From: Eledone cirrhosa | Lineage: Eukaryota | Reading direction: 5' to 3' | Assembly: GCA_964016885.1 (NCBI GenBank) | Contig: OZ024741.1 | Location: 79,918,001 to 79,982,000, forward strand | DNA length: 64,000 nt | Shown: piece after piece, positions 1 to 11,842 of the stretch | Layout: every line of letters starts with the position of its first letter | How positions within the stretch are numbered: the first letter of the stretch is position 1 | Program-made: the position numbers and the translations under genes | Notes under the pieces: model-generated | Databases searched by the model: none | Told to the model about the DNA's origin: nothing | Seen by the model: only the letters and a program-made list of their open reading frames with translations

Positions 1-117
1 GATCTGAAGGTATAGTCAGGGTAGAGTATCTGCAGATTTCTCATTAATTCTGCATAAATATTCTCCTTTTCGCTAATCTTTGATATTATATTGGCATGTA
101 TATATATATTGGCATAC

Positions 118-148
<31 letters not shown>

Positions 149-623
149 TGTATGTTTGGAAATACCCAGTTTGATGCCCGAGTGCGTGGTAGGCCCACTG
201 GGAGTGCGATAACCTAGTTCTGGTTAAATAATTATTCTAGGAGGAGCAAACCTCTGATGTAAAATCTGGAACTCGATGGCAGCCGATGATGTTGACCACT
301 TCTTTTGGGGGATACTTGACACCGTTGTTCAGAGAGTTGGACCAGTGCAAAGCCTTTCTTCACTTAAAAAAGCTTCAAGCACAGGCATCACTTGATCTAA
401 ACCACTTCCACGTGTATTGCATAAACATGGCCTTTTCTTTTTCTTTCGCTACAGTATATGCAGAAAGGAATCTAAATCTTTAGCAGGGCTAAAAATTCAT
501 GTATGTTCCACCCATGTATGAGAAAAAAGTCAAGGGATAACAATTCTAGAAGATGCAGTCTGTATGTATTATGTATGTATGTATTCATGTCTGTATGTAT
601 TTATGTATGTATGAATGTATGCA

Positions 624-734
<111 letters not shown>

Positions 735-819
735 CAGCTCGCACCTATGCAGGTTTAGCTGGCCTCCTCCAAGGTATATCTTGTTGGAGGTGTCTTGGGT
801 AATTTAATGATAGGGACCC

Positions 820-952
820 CAGTCCTATCATCTCATTTCTACAGCTGAGTAAACTGGAGCAACGTGAAATGAAGTGCCTTGCTCAAGGAAACAACACATC
901 ACCTGGTCCTAGAATTGAACTCACAAGCTTTCGATTGCAAGTCCAATGCTCT
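820..952 (-). mobile_element. tRNA-derived SINE split by the Gypsy insertion (continues at 6364-6387)
   Basis: ...gaattgaactcacaagctttcgattgcaagtccaatgctct joins directly to aaccactaagccatgcgccttcac after the 3' LTR; the reverse strand has A/B-box-like tggcttagtggt and gagttcaattc. Confidence 0.75.
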
Positions 953-1379
953 TGTAGTAACTATGGCGACAGTGTGTTGACTATAGCAACGCAGTGTCGC
1001 CACCTCTGGGTAACACAAAAAAATAGCGAATTATTTCCCTTATCTCGGCGTTCTCAAAAAGAAGAGACGCCAATCAAAAATTCAAGAGATTTGGTTTTCA
1101 ATTCCAGTCGCCTTTGTCCTGCCACGTGGACGTACTTTGTAAAAACGCCTGTTTTTGACCAAGAGATTTTCATATCTCTTCTTGAATGTAAGAATTAAGC
1201 CATTGCCGTTTAGCTTGCAGGGTATGTCCTATGAATGTAATTATTATGTCATGTTTTATTAAATGAATCATTTAATAAAAGATTAGCCTTGTTATCGTTA
1301 AAGCCCTTCTGTTTTAATTAATAATCTTAGAGAGATGAGATGTCGTTCACACACCTGGACGATATATCATTTTTCTTTA
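953..1379 (+). repeat. 5' LTR
   Basis: Direct repeat of 5932-6359 starting TGTAGTAAC; about 8 substitutions and 1 indel counted by eye. Confidence 0.95.
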
Positions 1380-1380
1380 T

Positions 1381-1393
1381 TGGTGACCCCGAC
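1381..1393 (+). promoter_or_regulatory. Primer binding site complementary to the tRNA-Trp 3' end
   Basis: TGGTGACCCCGAC 1 nt after the LTR; complementary to ...GUCGGGGUCACCA of eukaryotic tRNA-Trp. Confidence 0.9.
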
Positions 1394-1684
1394 TAAGAAC
1401 AACCTTTAAAATTCTTCTGTGTTTAAAATTCTTCTGTATTGCTGAATTGTATCTCCTTCTGATCTGCCTTGCAAGCATAGTTAGATAAAAACGAAAAAAA
1501 ATTATCACAACTCATCCAGCGTTTTATCAACAATGATATTTATTTTATGTACAAAGTGTGCGACACTGCACATATATATATGGAATTCAGGCCCGTTGTT
1601 GTTTGGTATCTTGTCTTTGAGTGAACAATATTTTTCCTTTTGCATCAACTTCTCTCTTAAAAAAAGAAAAGTCGTTTTCGGGAA

Positions 1685-2344
1685 TTGTTAGATGATGCGC
1701 AAATGGGTGACAGGACGCCAAGCTTCTATTTGCGACATCTGCGGGAATTGAGCGACTCCCAGGGGATGGACACCCCATTCCTCAAACAACTATTTTTCTC
1801 TCGTTTACCGCCAAGTGCGCAGATGGTCTTGGTCAATAATTTGGAGAGGGAATCGTTAGATCAACTTGCCGCATCCGCGGATAGAATACTAGAGGTGGAC
1901 TCTAACAGCAGTCGGCATAATCCTTGTGTGGCTTCTTCTTCTGTTCCCTCACGCAATTCTTCTGTGGCCGACAGCAAACTGTTGGAGATGATCGAAGCGC
2001 TCACCCAAAAAGTGGAGGATTTGACCGTACAACAGAGAGAGCCTTCTCAACGTTTGAGGTACCGTTCGCCTCCGTCTGCTATTCCTCGAAACCGCTACGA
2101 GTACCGTTCGCCTCCGTCTGCTATTCCTCGAAACCGCTACGAGTACCGTTCGCCTCCGTCTGCTATTCCTCGAAACCGCTACGAGTACCGTTCGCCGCCG
2201 TCTTCTATTCATCGCCAGCACTACAACGCAGACAACAATAATTCTTCGTTTTGTTGGTATCATGCTAACTTCGGCAGTAGGGCACAACGTTGTCGCACGC
2301 CCTGTAATTACAAGAGATCGGAAAACGCAAAGCAGAGCCACTAG
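1685..2344 (+). CDS. gag: Gypsy Gag, C-terminal part (5' part disrupted)
   Basis: MGDRTPSF..LFFSRLP..LAASADRI capsid-like motifs and a terminal CWYHANFG..A.RCRTPC motif. Confidence 0.85.
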   Translation: MLDDAQMGDRTPSFYLRHLRELSDSQGMDTPFLKQLFFSRLPPSAQMVLVNNLERESLDQLAASADRILEVDSNSSRHNPCVASSSVPSRNSSVADSKLLEMIEALTQKVEDLTVQQREPSQRLRYRSPPSAIPRNRYEYRSPPSAIPRNRYEYRSPPSAIPRNRYEYRSPPSSIHRQHYNADNNNSSFCWYHANFGSRAQRCRTPCNYKRSENAKQSH

Positions 2345-5300
2345 GGGCGGCTAGTGAACTCTGGGAAAATCGACCGAACCGCCATCTTTTCGTATACGAC
2401 CTGCGGTCGAAAAAATTTTTCCTTGTCGATACTGGCGCGTCGCTGAGTATTTGGCCAGTCAGTTATCTCAAAAAACCCCATCTGAATCAAATATAAATTT
2501 ACGAGCACTCAACCACACGGCCATTCGAACGTACGGGCAAATTTCGTTTCCTCTTCGGTTAAAAGATTTGCGTCGTGAATTGAAGTGAAAGTTTACTATC
2601 GCCGACTTGCCATACGCTATTTTGGGAGCGGATTTTCTCCACCATTTTTCCTTGTCGATTGACATCCGCAGACAACGACTTTTTGATGCTAATACAGGCC
2701 TATCGTTCGAGGGTACAAAGCCGGAGATCGCCACAGTAAGCCCTGCTTTTTTCTTGGCTGAAGTGGGTAACCAGTATCACAGTTTGTTAAAATCATTCCC
2801 ACAGCTGACGCAAGGAAGATTACGAATTGCTAGTCCGGATCATGTGATTGAACACTTTATATCCACTACAGGTCCACCTGTTTTCTCACGTCCTCGAAGA
2901 TTATCTGCAAAGAAGTTGAAAGCTGCACGGTCTGAATTCGACCACATGCTGAAATTAGGAATAATTCGGCGTTCCACAAGTACTTGGGCATCGCCTCTAC
3001 ATATGGTACTTAAATCTTCTGGTGATTGGAGACCGACGGGTGACTACCGACGCTTAAACACGATTACTGTGCCTGACCGTTATCCAATCCCGCATTTGCA
3101 GGATTTCGCTTCTTCATTACAAGGTTGCACAATTTTTTCTAAGCTCGATTTGATTCGTGCTTATAATCAGATTCCGGTTAAAAAGGAGGATATTCCGAAG
3201 ACTGCTATTGCCACTCCTTTTGGATATTTCGAGTTCCTTACTATGCCTTTCGGGCTAAGAAATGCGGCTAGTACCTTCCAACGATTTATGGATGATGTTA
3301 CTCGGGGCCTGGATTTTGTGTACACGTATATCGATGATGTGTTGATTGCTAGTTCTTCTCTTGAGCAGCATTCAAAGCATCTGGATCTCGTATTTCGTCG
3401 TTTACAGAGATATAATGTTCGTATTAATGCTTCCAAGTGTGTTTTCGGCTCGACTTCACTAACATTTTTAGGCCATCTGATTGACGCCGATGGTATTCGA
3501 CCTCTTCCTGAGAAGGTTAAGGCAGTATCGGATTTGCCTCCGCCAAGTTCACTGCGACAATTGCGTCAATTCTTAGGCCTTGTAAATTTTTATAGGCGAT
3601 TCGTACCTAATTGTTCCAACTTGCTGTTCTCGTTGACAGAAATTTTTTTAAATTGCCGGCGTAAGAATATGGACATTTCCTTAAATAAAACGAAGCTTGA
3701 AGATTTTAAAAAAGTGAAAAAGGCGTTAGCGAGCGCGTCTTTGCTCGCCCACCCAGTACCCAACGCAGAACTATCGCTCTGTGTTGATGCGTTGGATACC
3801 GCCGTGGGCGCAGTCTTGCAACAGAAGTGCGATGGTTTACAACAACCACTGGAATTTTTTTCGAGAAAGCTAAAGCCTGCCGAAACTCGTGATAGTACTT
3901 TCGGGCGTGAGCTTTTAGCAATTTATTTATCTGTGAAACATTTCTCCCATGTTCTGGACGGGAGAGCGTTCACTATTTTCACAGATCACAAACTGTTGAT
4001 TTTCGCTTTAAGATCAAAATCTGACAAATATTCGCCTAGGGAAACTAGACATCTGGATTTTGTTTCCCAATACCCCAATGATATTCAACATATTCCGGCT
4101 GCTTTGAACACTGCGGCAGACGCCTTGTCTCGTCTCCCGATAGCTTCGATCTCGTCGTCTAACGATATAGATTTGCGTCAAATGGCCATTGACCAACCCT
4201 CGCTTGAATCATTGGATTGCACATCACCGGAGTTCATTAACTGCAATATGAAATACCTTCCTTTATCAACCGCTGACGGACAGATACTTTGTGATATCTC
4301 GTTGGACTCACCACGACCTCTCGTCCCAGTTGGTCATCGCTTTGCATGGCATTTCTCACCCAGGAGCTACAGCCTCGGTAAAACTCATAACAGCCAGATT
4401 TTTCTGGCCTGATATGAGACGTGACATTGCTGCTTGGTGCCGTTCCTGTGTCGCTTGCCAAAAGTCAAAAGTTCATAAGCACGTTAAAACTCCTCTCGGA
4501 ACTTTCACCTGTCCTGATGCCAGATTTCGTCACATTCATGTGGACATCGTCGGCCCGTGGCCGATTAGTCGTGGTTATTCGTATATTTTGACGATCGTTG
4601 ACCGTTTTTCACGTTGGCCTGAAGCCATCCCTATGACAGATATCACTGCTGAAACGACAGCGCGTACTCTCGTATCTGCATGGATCGCTCGTTTTGGAGT
4701 ACCAACCACAATAACAACAGACCACGGTCGTCAATTTGAATCGAACCTCTTCCGTGAATTAACACAAATTATTGGCGCTACTCGCATAAGAACCACGGCA
4801 TATCATCCAGCATCAAACGGAATGGTGGAAAGATTTCACAGACAGCTTAAAGCCTCTTTAAGCGCTTCAATGGACTCTTCACGTTGGAGTGAGTACCTAC
4901 CTATTGTGTTGTTGGGTATTCGGTCGATAATAAAGGTGGACCTTGGGTTCTCCCCGGCAGAATTGATTTATGGTACTCCTCTTGCGTTACCGAGGAAAAT
5001 GCTTGCTCCTGTTGATCTTGCTTCGCAGGTCCCGCTTCCTACGTGTCCCGGCTTCATTCTTACTTCCAGGATTTACCACCGATGGACACTAGGAAGCAAA
5101 CTGTAAAAACTGCCGTCCCAAGGGATATTGCCTTGTGGACACGTGTTCGTTAGAGACGACGCTGTGAGACCCCCTCTCACACGGCCGTACTCTGGACCCT
5201 ATCGTGTGCTTGCTCGTACAGAGAAACATTTCACAGTGGACATTAGGGGGTCCAGGGAAACTATTTCCGTTGATCGCCTCAAACGAGCCAATCTGGACAT

Positions 5301-5469
5301 TGACACAGTGACACTTGAGCCACAAATGCCCCCTTCTTTTTCTTCGCCACATACACTTGTTTCTTCGCCCCCCCCCCCCCCACCACCACCAACAACATAC
5401 AGAAATACGACCCGTTCAGGTCGAAGGGTGCATTGGCCCCGTAACCTATGCAGTACTATAAACTTCTGA
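2341..5469 (+). pseudogene. pol: Gypsy Pol (protease, RT, RNase H, integrase) with frameshifts and stops
   Basis: FLVDTGA protease; RT motifs [18 protein letters not shown]; RNase H ELLAI..TDHK..ADALSR; integrase H-H-C-C, HVDIVGP, TDHG.QF, ERFH; GPY motif. Confidence 0.95.
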
Positions 5470-5931
5470 ATTGTATTCTTTTTTCTTGCAGTTATTTTTA
5501 CTGTATATTGAATTTGTTGTTGCATTTTGTACCCTGACTGCTTTTGGTATTTTTAAGGCATATTATAATTTTTCATTGCATTTTGTAACCTTACTGCCTA
5601 TGGCATTTTCAATGCCTATCGTTTTTTTTATCGCATTTGGGACCCTTACTGCGAATGGTATTTTTAATGCATTTTGCATTTATTGCTGCATGTGTATAAT
5701 TATTGCATTTGTTGTATATTTTTTTGTGTAATGCTTGCATGCATTAACCTATTTCACCTCTATATTGTTCGTTTTGAAACTGGTTTCAACAACTTGTAAA
5801 GAGTACCTTGTAAGGCTTTGGCTTCATTGTTATATACTACAGGGATTTTTCTTGCGCCAATTTACAACTTCTAGTTCCTCCATGCTATCGTTTGTTTTAC
5901 GATTTTTATTAAAAATCTGGTCGGAGGTGAT

Positions 5932-6359
5932 TGTAGTAACTATGGCGACAGTGTGTTGACTATAGCAACGCAGTGTCGCCACCTATGGGTAACACAAAAA
6001 AAATAGCGAATTACTTCCCTTATCTCAGCGTTCTCAAAAAGAAGAGACGCCAATGAAAAACTCAAGAGATTTGGTTTTCAATTCCAGTCGCCTTTGTCCT
6101 GCCACGTGGACGTACTTTGTAAAAACGCCTGTTTTTGACCAAGAGATTTTCATATCTCTTCTTGAATGTAAGAATTAAGCCATTGCCGTTTAGCTTGCAG
6201 GGTATATCCTATGAATGTAATTATTATGTCATGTTTTATTAAATGAATCATTTAATAAAAGATTAGCTTTGTTATCGTTAAAGCTCTTCTGTTTTAATTA
6301 ATAATCTTAGAGAGATGAGATGTCGTTCACACACCTGGACGATATATCATTTTTCTTTA
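5932..6359 (+). repeat. 3' LTR
   Basis: Direct repeat of 953-1379, followed by the TSD CTCT. Confidence 0.95.
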
Positions 6360-6499
6360 CTCTAACCACTAAGCCATGCGCCTTCACATGTATGTATGCA
6401 TGCATGTATGTATGTATGTATGTATGTATGTATGTATGTATGTATGTATGAATGTATGCATGTACGTATGTACGTATGCATGTATGTATATATGCATAT

Positions 6500-8769
6500 T
6501 AGGCATATTCCTAAAGTACACTTTTGTTAAAAAAAAATAAATGAGCATGCCATTTTCAGATGAATTTTTACTAGAAAATACTTGTGAGCATGTTAAAAAA
6601 TATTAGAATTTTTAAAAACTCTTGCACAAGGTAGATTCTTTAACATTGATTAACTAATATAGAATTGCATATACAATATACGTGTGTATGTAATAAAAAT
6701 ATAGTGTGTAATTTAACAGTTTATAAAATATAGTATTCTTCTTCAAATTGTTTAATGGATCAACTTTATTGCTTGTTCATCACTTATTTGTCAGTTTAAT
6801 CTGTTCATAAAATTCATAAAATACATAAATAGAATAAATTAAAATTTGCGAGGTATTAATATATTTTAATATTTATAATTATATCATATTAATATTATAA
6901 ATTTCAGATGTATAAAATCCAGTTGCTAAAGGGCACAAAATATTTGTCATTTTGAGAAGAGAAAAAAATCTTGGAAAACGAAAATCCAAAGTTCATTAAT
7001 CGAATTATGCAAGCTACCTACTGAGCAACAGATCGTTGATAGATATATCACTCTTGCTTCTGAAGAGAAAAATACCAAAAAAAGAATTAAGATGGAGAAT
7101 GTGAAAGTTTTTGAGAAAAGAAGTGAAAAGACCTGGCTCTGCGAATTTCAATAATCTGTTTGACATTACAAGAAGATATGGGATATGGTTAGCAGCCGAA
7201 GATTTGTCATTTTATGAAAAGCAAGTTGAGAGTTGTGGAAAGATTTGGTATACTACAATGAAAATAGACAGTGAAAAGAAAATCCATACTTCTAAGAGAA
7301 TTAAAAACAAAAAACAAGAACTAGATCATGATAAGCCATCCTGCTCATACATTCATCTGGACTCAAATGAAAATTACAGTGACACCGATACAAATACCAG
7401 CGATTACAAACTTTCACCTTCACCAGAAAAAAAATGAAAAAGAGAAAACACAGCTCATGCTGTTAACCTAGTAAGAAATACTAAATTACCTAGTAGAAAA
7501 GCAGCAGCAGTTTGCAAAGAATTTAAAAGTGGTGAGCACCCCGTGTCAGTTGGCAATGCACAAAGCAGTTATCAGAGAAGGTGAGAAACTCATGGAAAAG
7601 TGGAAAAATGAACTCAAAAGGGAATAATGGAGCCTTCATTTTGATGGAAAACGAATGAGAGACGTAGAATATCAGGTTGTAGTGATAAAAAATTATGAGA
7701 AAGAAATACGCCTGAAGCCGATGATATTAACCGATCGAAAAGCTCTTACTATATTTAATGGATTGAAAGAAGTTATTGACAAATATGAACTGTGGGAATC
7801 TATCGTGATGATAGTCTCCGACACTACTAGTGTCAATACCGGCACAAAAGGCAGAAGTTGTTGCCATGCTCAACACTGAGTTCACGCGTCGTAGTTACAT
7901 CAAGCCATTATATGTTGGATGCCAGCACCACATTTTAGACCGTGCATTGAAAGTTTATTTTGGTCAACTATATTGTAGCAAAACAACTTCGCCATATATC
8001 AATTATTACTTTGTTGAGGCCATTTTAAATAACTATGACGAACTGAAGCAGAACTTTTCAAATGGAACGACGGAAATTAATGAAACCCGGACGCGCTGGA
8101 GAAGTGACATGGATTTCCTTCAGCATCTCATGATAGCCGTGCAACATTTCTTTGAAAACGGTGCGTTTCCTAAAATAAATTTTAAGAAATTACCTAATTT
8201 GCACAATGCTCGTTGGAATAGCCGAGCAATTTATTTGTTGCTGGGTTTATTTTGATGTCTGATTAACGAGCGAAGCTGCGCGCTGATGTCGAATACATCT
8301 GCGGAATGTGGAGAAAAATGTGGTTCTCAAGTCAACTGTATAGAGCTGACAGCAAGCAAAAACTCATTGACCAACTAATTAAGGCCAAGTGTGAAAAGGC
8401 TGCAAACACCGTCAGAAAATGTTGGTCTAATGAAGAATCTCCAATTGTGACGCAATGCTCGAACATTTGCGCTGAGCGAGCTGTAAAAGTTGTGCAGGAC
8501 CTTTTGCCATTTTGTAAAAGTAGTAGAACCTTAGAGATTAAATTTTGTTTAACTAATAATTAAAATAAATTTTTTATTGTCATAATTTATTGTTTTATGT
8601 ATTTATTTTATGGGACTGGCTAATTACCAAAAAATTAAAAATATAATTTAGTATGTGCAAGAATTTTTTTCAAAATTTACAAAAACACTACTGTAATTCT
8701 TTCTTTATGACAAAAACCTCATTAGAAAATAGCATGCTCATATGGTATTGTAAAGAAGTCATATGCCTA
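6500..8769 (+). mobile_element. hAT-superfamily DNA transposon (hATm-like), copy 1, defective
   Basis: Termini TAGGCATAT...ATATGCCTA with imperfect subterminal inverted blocks; perfect 8-bp TSD ATGCATAT (6492-6499 and 8770-8777). Confidence 0.9.
6908..8563 (+). pseudogene. hAT-type DDE transposase, fragmented
   Basis: HFDGK, DTTSVNTG, CQHH (CxxH), HNARWNS and AERAVK motifs spread over several frames. Confidence 0.8.
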
Positions 8770-8785
8770 ATGCATATATATATAT

Positions 8786-9121
8786 ACTATTGAGTCCCAA
8801 ATAATAGGAGGGTGGACAATTGCTTAAATTCTTATAGAAGCGGGGGGGTAAACAGGGAGGGTCAGTAATTGTAGTGTAGGTTCGTAAATAAGGAGTTTCT
8901 AGTAATGTTCAAATGTTGTCATATACACGGTTTTTTTTCATGTAAAATAAAATGTTTATTCTCCAGCTGCTGTATCAATATGAATCACTTACAATAAAAT
9001 TTTGTTGGAGATAGATTAGCAAAATTTAATAAGTGAGAGGGGGTGGAATAAAAGCAGGGGTGTTGGAAAAAATCTGAAAATCACTAAGCGGGTGGGGGCG
9101 ATTATTCAAGACCTGACAATA
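8786..9121. mobile_element. MITE, probably Tc1/pogo-type
   Basis: Imperfect inverted ends tattgagtcccaaataat / attattcaagacctgacaata in a TA context; internal repeated AATAAG-GGGG blocks. Confidence 0.45.
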
Positions 9122-9249
9122 TGTATGCATGTATCTATATATGTTTATGTATTTATGTATAGATGTATATATGTTTATATATGTTTATTTATTTATATAT
9201 GTTTATATATGTATATATGTATATATGTATGAATATATGTTTATTTATG

Positions 9250-10096
9250 TCAGGTTGCACCTGAGTGCAACTGGTAACAATGTAACCCTATACAACAGGT
9301 CATCGATGACTAGAGTGGAAACCCCACCAAGTTTTCTTGTTGAGGAGAGTGATTTTGGACACCTTGCGGGATGAAAAACAAGAATAATAGGAATTTTCAG
9401 AGGAATTTTCAAAAGAATAGAATTACATTAAATGTTGCTACATGGAATATTAGAACACTTCTTGACATGGAATCATCCAGAAATCCAGAATGCAAAGAAT
9501 TGAGCAGGTATAATATTGATATAGCTGCATTTTCTGAGAAGAGTGATAGCTATACGTTCTTCTGGAAAGGGAAACCAAATTTGGAGTAAAGGAATGGAGG
9601 AGTAGGTTTCGCTGTCGGGACAGAGGTTACAAAGCGGCTGGAGCAACCACAAGGCATTTGTGACTGTCAGTTCAGTGTATACCCCTACCATGAAACAATC
9701 ATGGCTTTTTACCAAGATTTACGAGGATGTATATCATCGATTCTCCATTAGGACAAGATCTTCCTTCTTGGAGATTTCAATGGTCGTGTGAAAAAAGACG
9801 ACCGTATCTGGAGTGTTTTAGGACGTCACGGCATGGGCAAGATGAATCCCAACGGTCTTCTCCTTTTGCAATTATGCATTGAGTTCAAGCTGGTCGTGTG
9901 CAATACATTTTTTCGGCAAAAGGAGATCCTCACGACAACATGGACACACATTGGATTATATCATAACCAGAGAGAAAGACCTCCAAGATATCTGCATGGT
10001 GCAGAATGTGGTATAGACCACAAACTTGTACGTAGCAAGATGAAAGTACAGATCAGAGGAACGGCAAGAGCAACAGGTTACAAGTGCCAGAACTAA
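9250..10096 (+). mobile_element. RTE-clade LINE 5' fragment (5' UTR and degraded APE endonuclease)
   Basis: NVATWNIRTLLD, YTFFWKG, GVGFAV, LLGDFN, CNTFF and DHKLV motifs with stops. Confidence 0.85.
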
Positions 10097-10849
10097 TACA
10101 TTCGGATGCCATATTTGCTTTTCATTAGACATATTTCAAGATAACAAATAGGAAAGAAAATATCGAGAAAAAGAAAATAAAACAATAAAGAAAATAAAGA
10201 AAATACTTAACTAATGATGTTTTCCCACTGTCTGTTTTAATGATGTTTTCTGATTGGTTGAGATATTTATAACATCATAACGAATAATTTGTATGTGAAA
10301 TGGTCATATTTCCAAGTATTCTACATTTTCTCATGGTTGCTGCTGTTGCTGCTGTTGCTAATAATAATTGTTTCTATTTTTGGCACAAGGCCAGCAATTA
10401 CCCAGTGTATTACTGGTACTTTATTTTATCGACCCCGTAAGGATGAAAGGCTGCTAATAATAATAATGATGATAATGATGATGATGATGACACCGACGAC
10501 GATGATGGTAATGCTAGTGGTGGTTGTGGCGGTGGGAGCATAATAATGATGATGATGATGGTGATTATGATGAAGATGATAAAATAATCGTAGATAAAAA
10601 AAAGTTTCAACCACAAATACCAAAATCTCTGTCTTTGCTGCAAATATTCTCAATACAAACAACATTATCAGCAACACTAACAACACCAACAACACCGACA
10701 TCAATGACAACAACACCAACAACACCAACAACATCACTGACAGCTACAGTGATACTATCAAAAGAAAGAAAACCACGAGGGTGCCTCTACGTGGCAAATA
10801 AGAAGTGAGGGGAGATTCTAAGTTGCCATAAGTTTGTATTATTGTACGG

Positions 10850-11042
10850 AGGGCGGTGGATTGGCAGTATCAGTAGAGGGTCGGACAATATGCTTTGTAG
10901 CACAGAGTTACGCCCCTTTCTGATCTGAGTTCAAATCCCGCCGAGGTTAACTTTGCCTTTCATCCTTACGGGGTCGATAAAATAAAGTACCAGTAATGTA
11001 CTGGGTAATTGCTGGCCTTGTGCCAAAAGTAGAAACAATTAT
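10850..11042 (+). mobile_element. tRNA-related SINE family A (other copies 34901-35092 + and 59795-59982 -; partials 10364-10451 -, 17092-17197 +, 35963-36052 +, 53865-54016)
   Basis: Recurrent gagttcaaatcccgccgaggttaactttgcctttcatccttacggggtcgataaaataaagtaccag with a B-box-like GAGTTCAAATC. Confidence 0.85.
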
Positions 11043-11289
11043 TGTACGGAGGTAATGCCCTTGATGATAGGCCTGTACTGTCAGGTCTGAACTACGGTTA
11101 AACAACAACATTGAGAGAGCCACTACACGATTGTTCTATCTGCTAGAAATAGCAACCAAATCGTCATCAAATCGCACGACCTTGACTTAAAAATGGAAGA
11201 AAGTACACACAGTATGTAACGTCATTTTAAATGTCCACCAGATTATCATGCTTAGCATGCTTTTTGCCATAAGTCTGATTTATCAATGT

Positions 11290-11842
11290 TCTTCTTCGCG
11301 CATTTATTCCTGGGAGGACCGTGGTGCCAGATCCTCAAACATTCCTTCCAGAGGGCCCTGTCAGACCCAACCATCTTCAATTGATCCGGCTAGATTCCCA
11401 AGCGAGACATGCTGATGTCATCGAACCATCTTGCTCGGGGTCTACCCTTGGATCTTCTGCCGGCTGGCTTTGCCCGTAAAATCTGTCCAGCGATTCTTTC
11501 CAGAGACATTTTCACCCCATGCTCATATTATCGGAGATGTGATCTCACAATTCGGAGAAGTAGAGTTTTTACCTGAACCGACGCTCTGATCTCCGAGCTA
11601 CGCACTCTGTTGTGTAAGGTTACTCCAAAAACCCTTCGGAAGAACCCCATTTCGGCCACTTGTCTTTAGTTTTAACAGTAAGGGCATAAATAAAAAGATT
11701 GTATTCGTTATCGTATTCTTTTGGTCATTACACAAGATTCGTGACCATAGGTAAGGATTGACATTATTACTGAATTGAAGATAGCGATTTTGGCTTTTAC
11801 ACCTGCCTCTCTTCTGATTATCGAATGTTGAAGCTGGCGCAA
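11290..11842 (-). mobile_element. RTE-like LINE 3' fragment
   Basis: Reverse strand reads LTYGHESCVM..EMGFLRRV..GRRSKGRPRARW; homologous to 18735-19262 and 54640-55380. Confidence 0.75.

Larger units (their letters stand above)
953..6359 (+). mobile_element. Full-length Ty3/Gypsy LTR retrotransposon, coding-defective
   Basis: Two ~427-bp LTRs, 4-bp TSD CTCT (949-952 and 6360-6363), PBS, gag then pol in PR-RT-RH-IN order. Confidence 0.97.

Noticed and set aside
2057-2208. Repeat array superficially like CRISPR
   Set aside because: Contiguous 42-bp units with no spacers, in frame within gag, eukaryotic context, no cas genes
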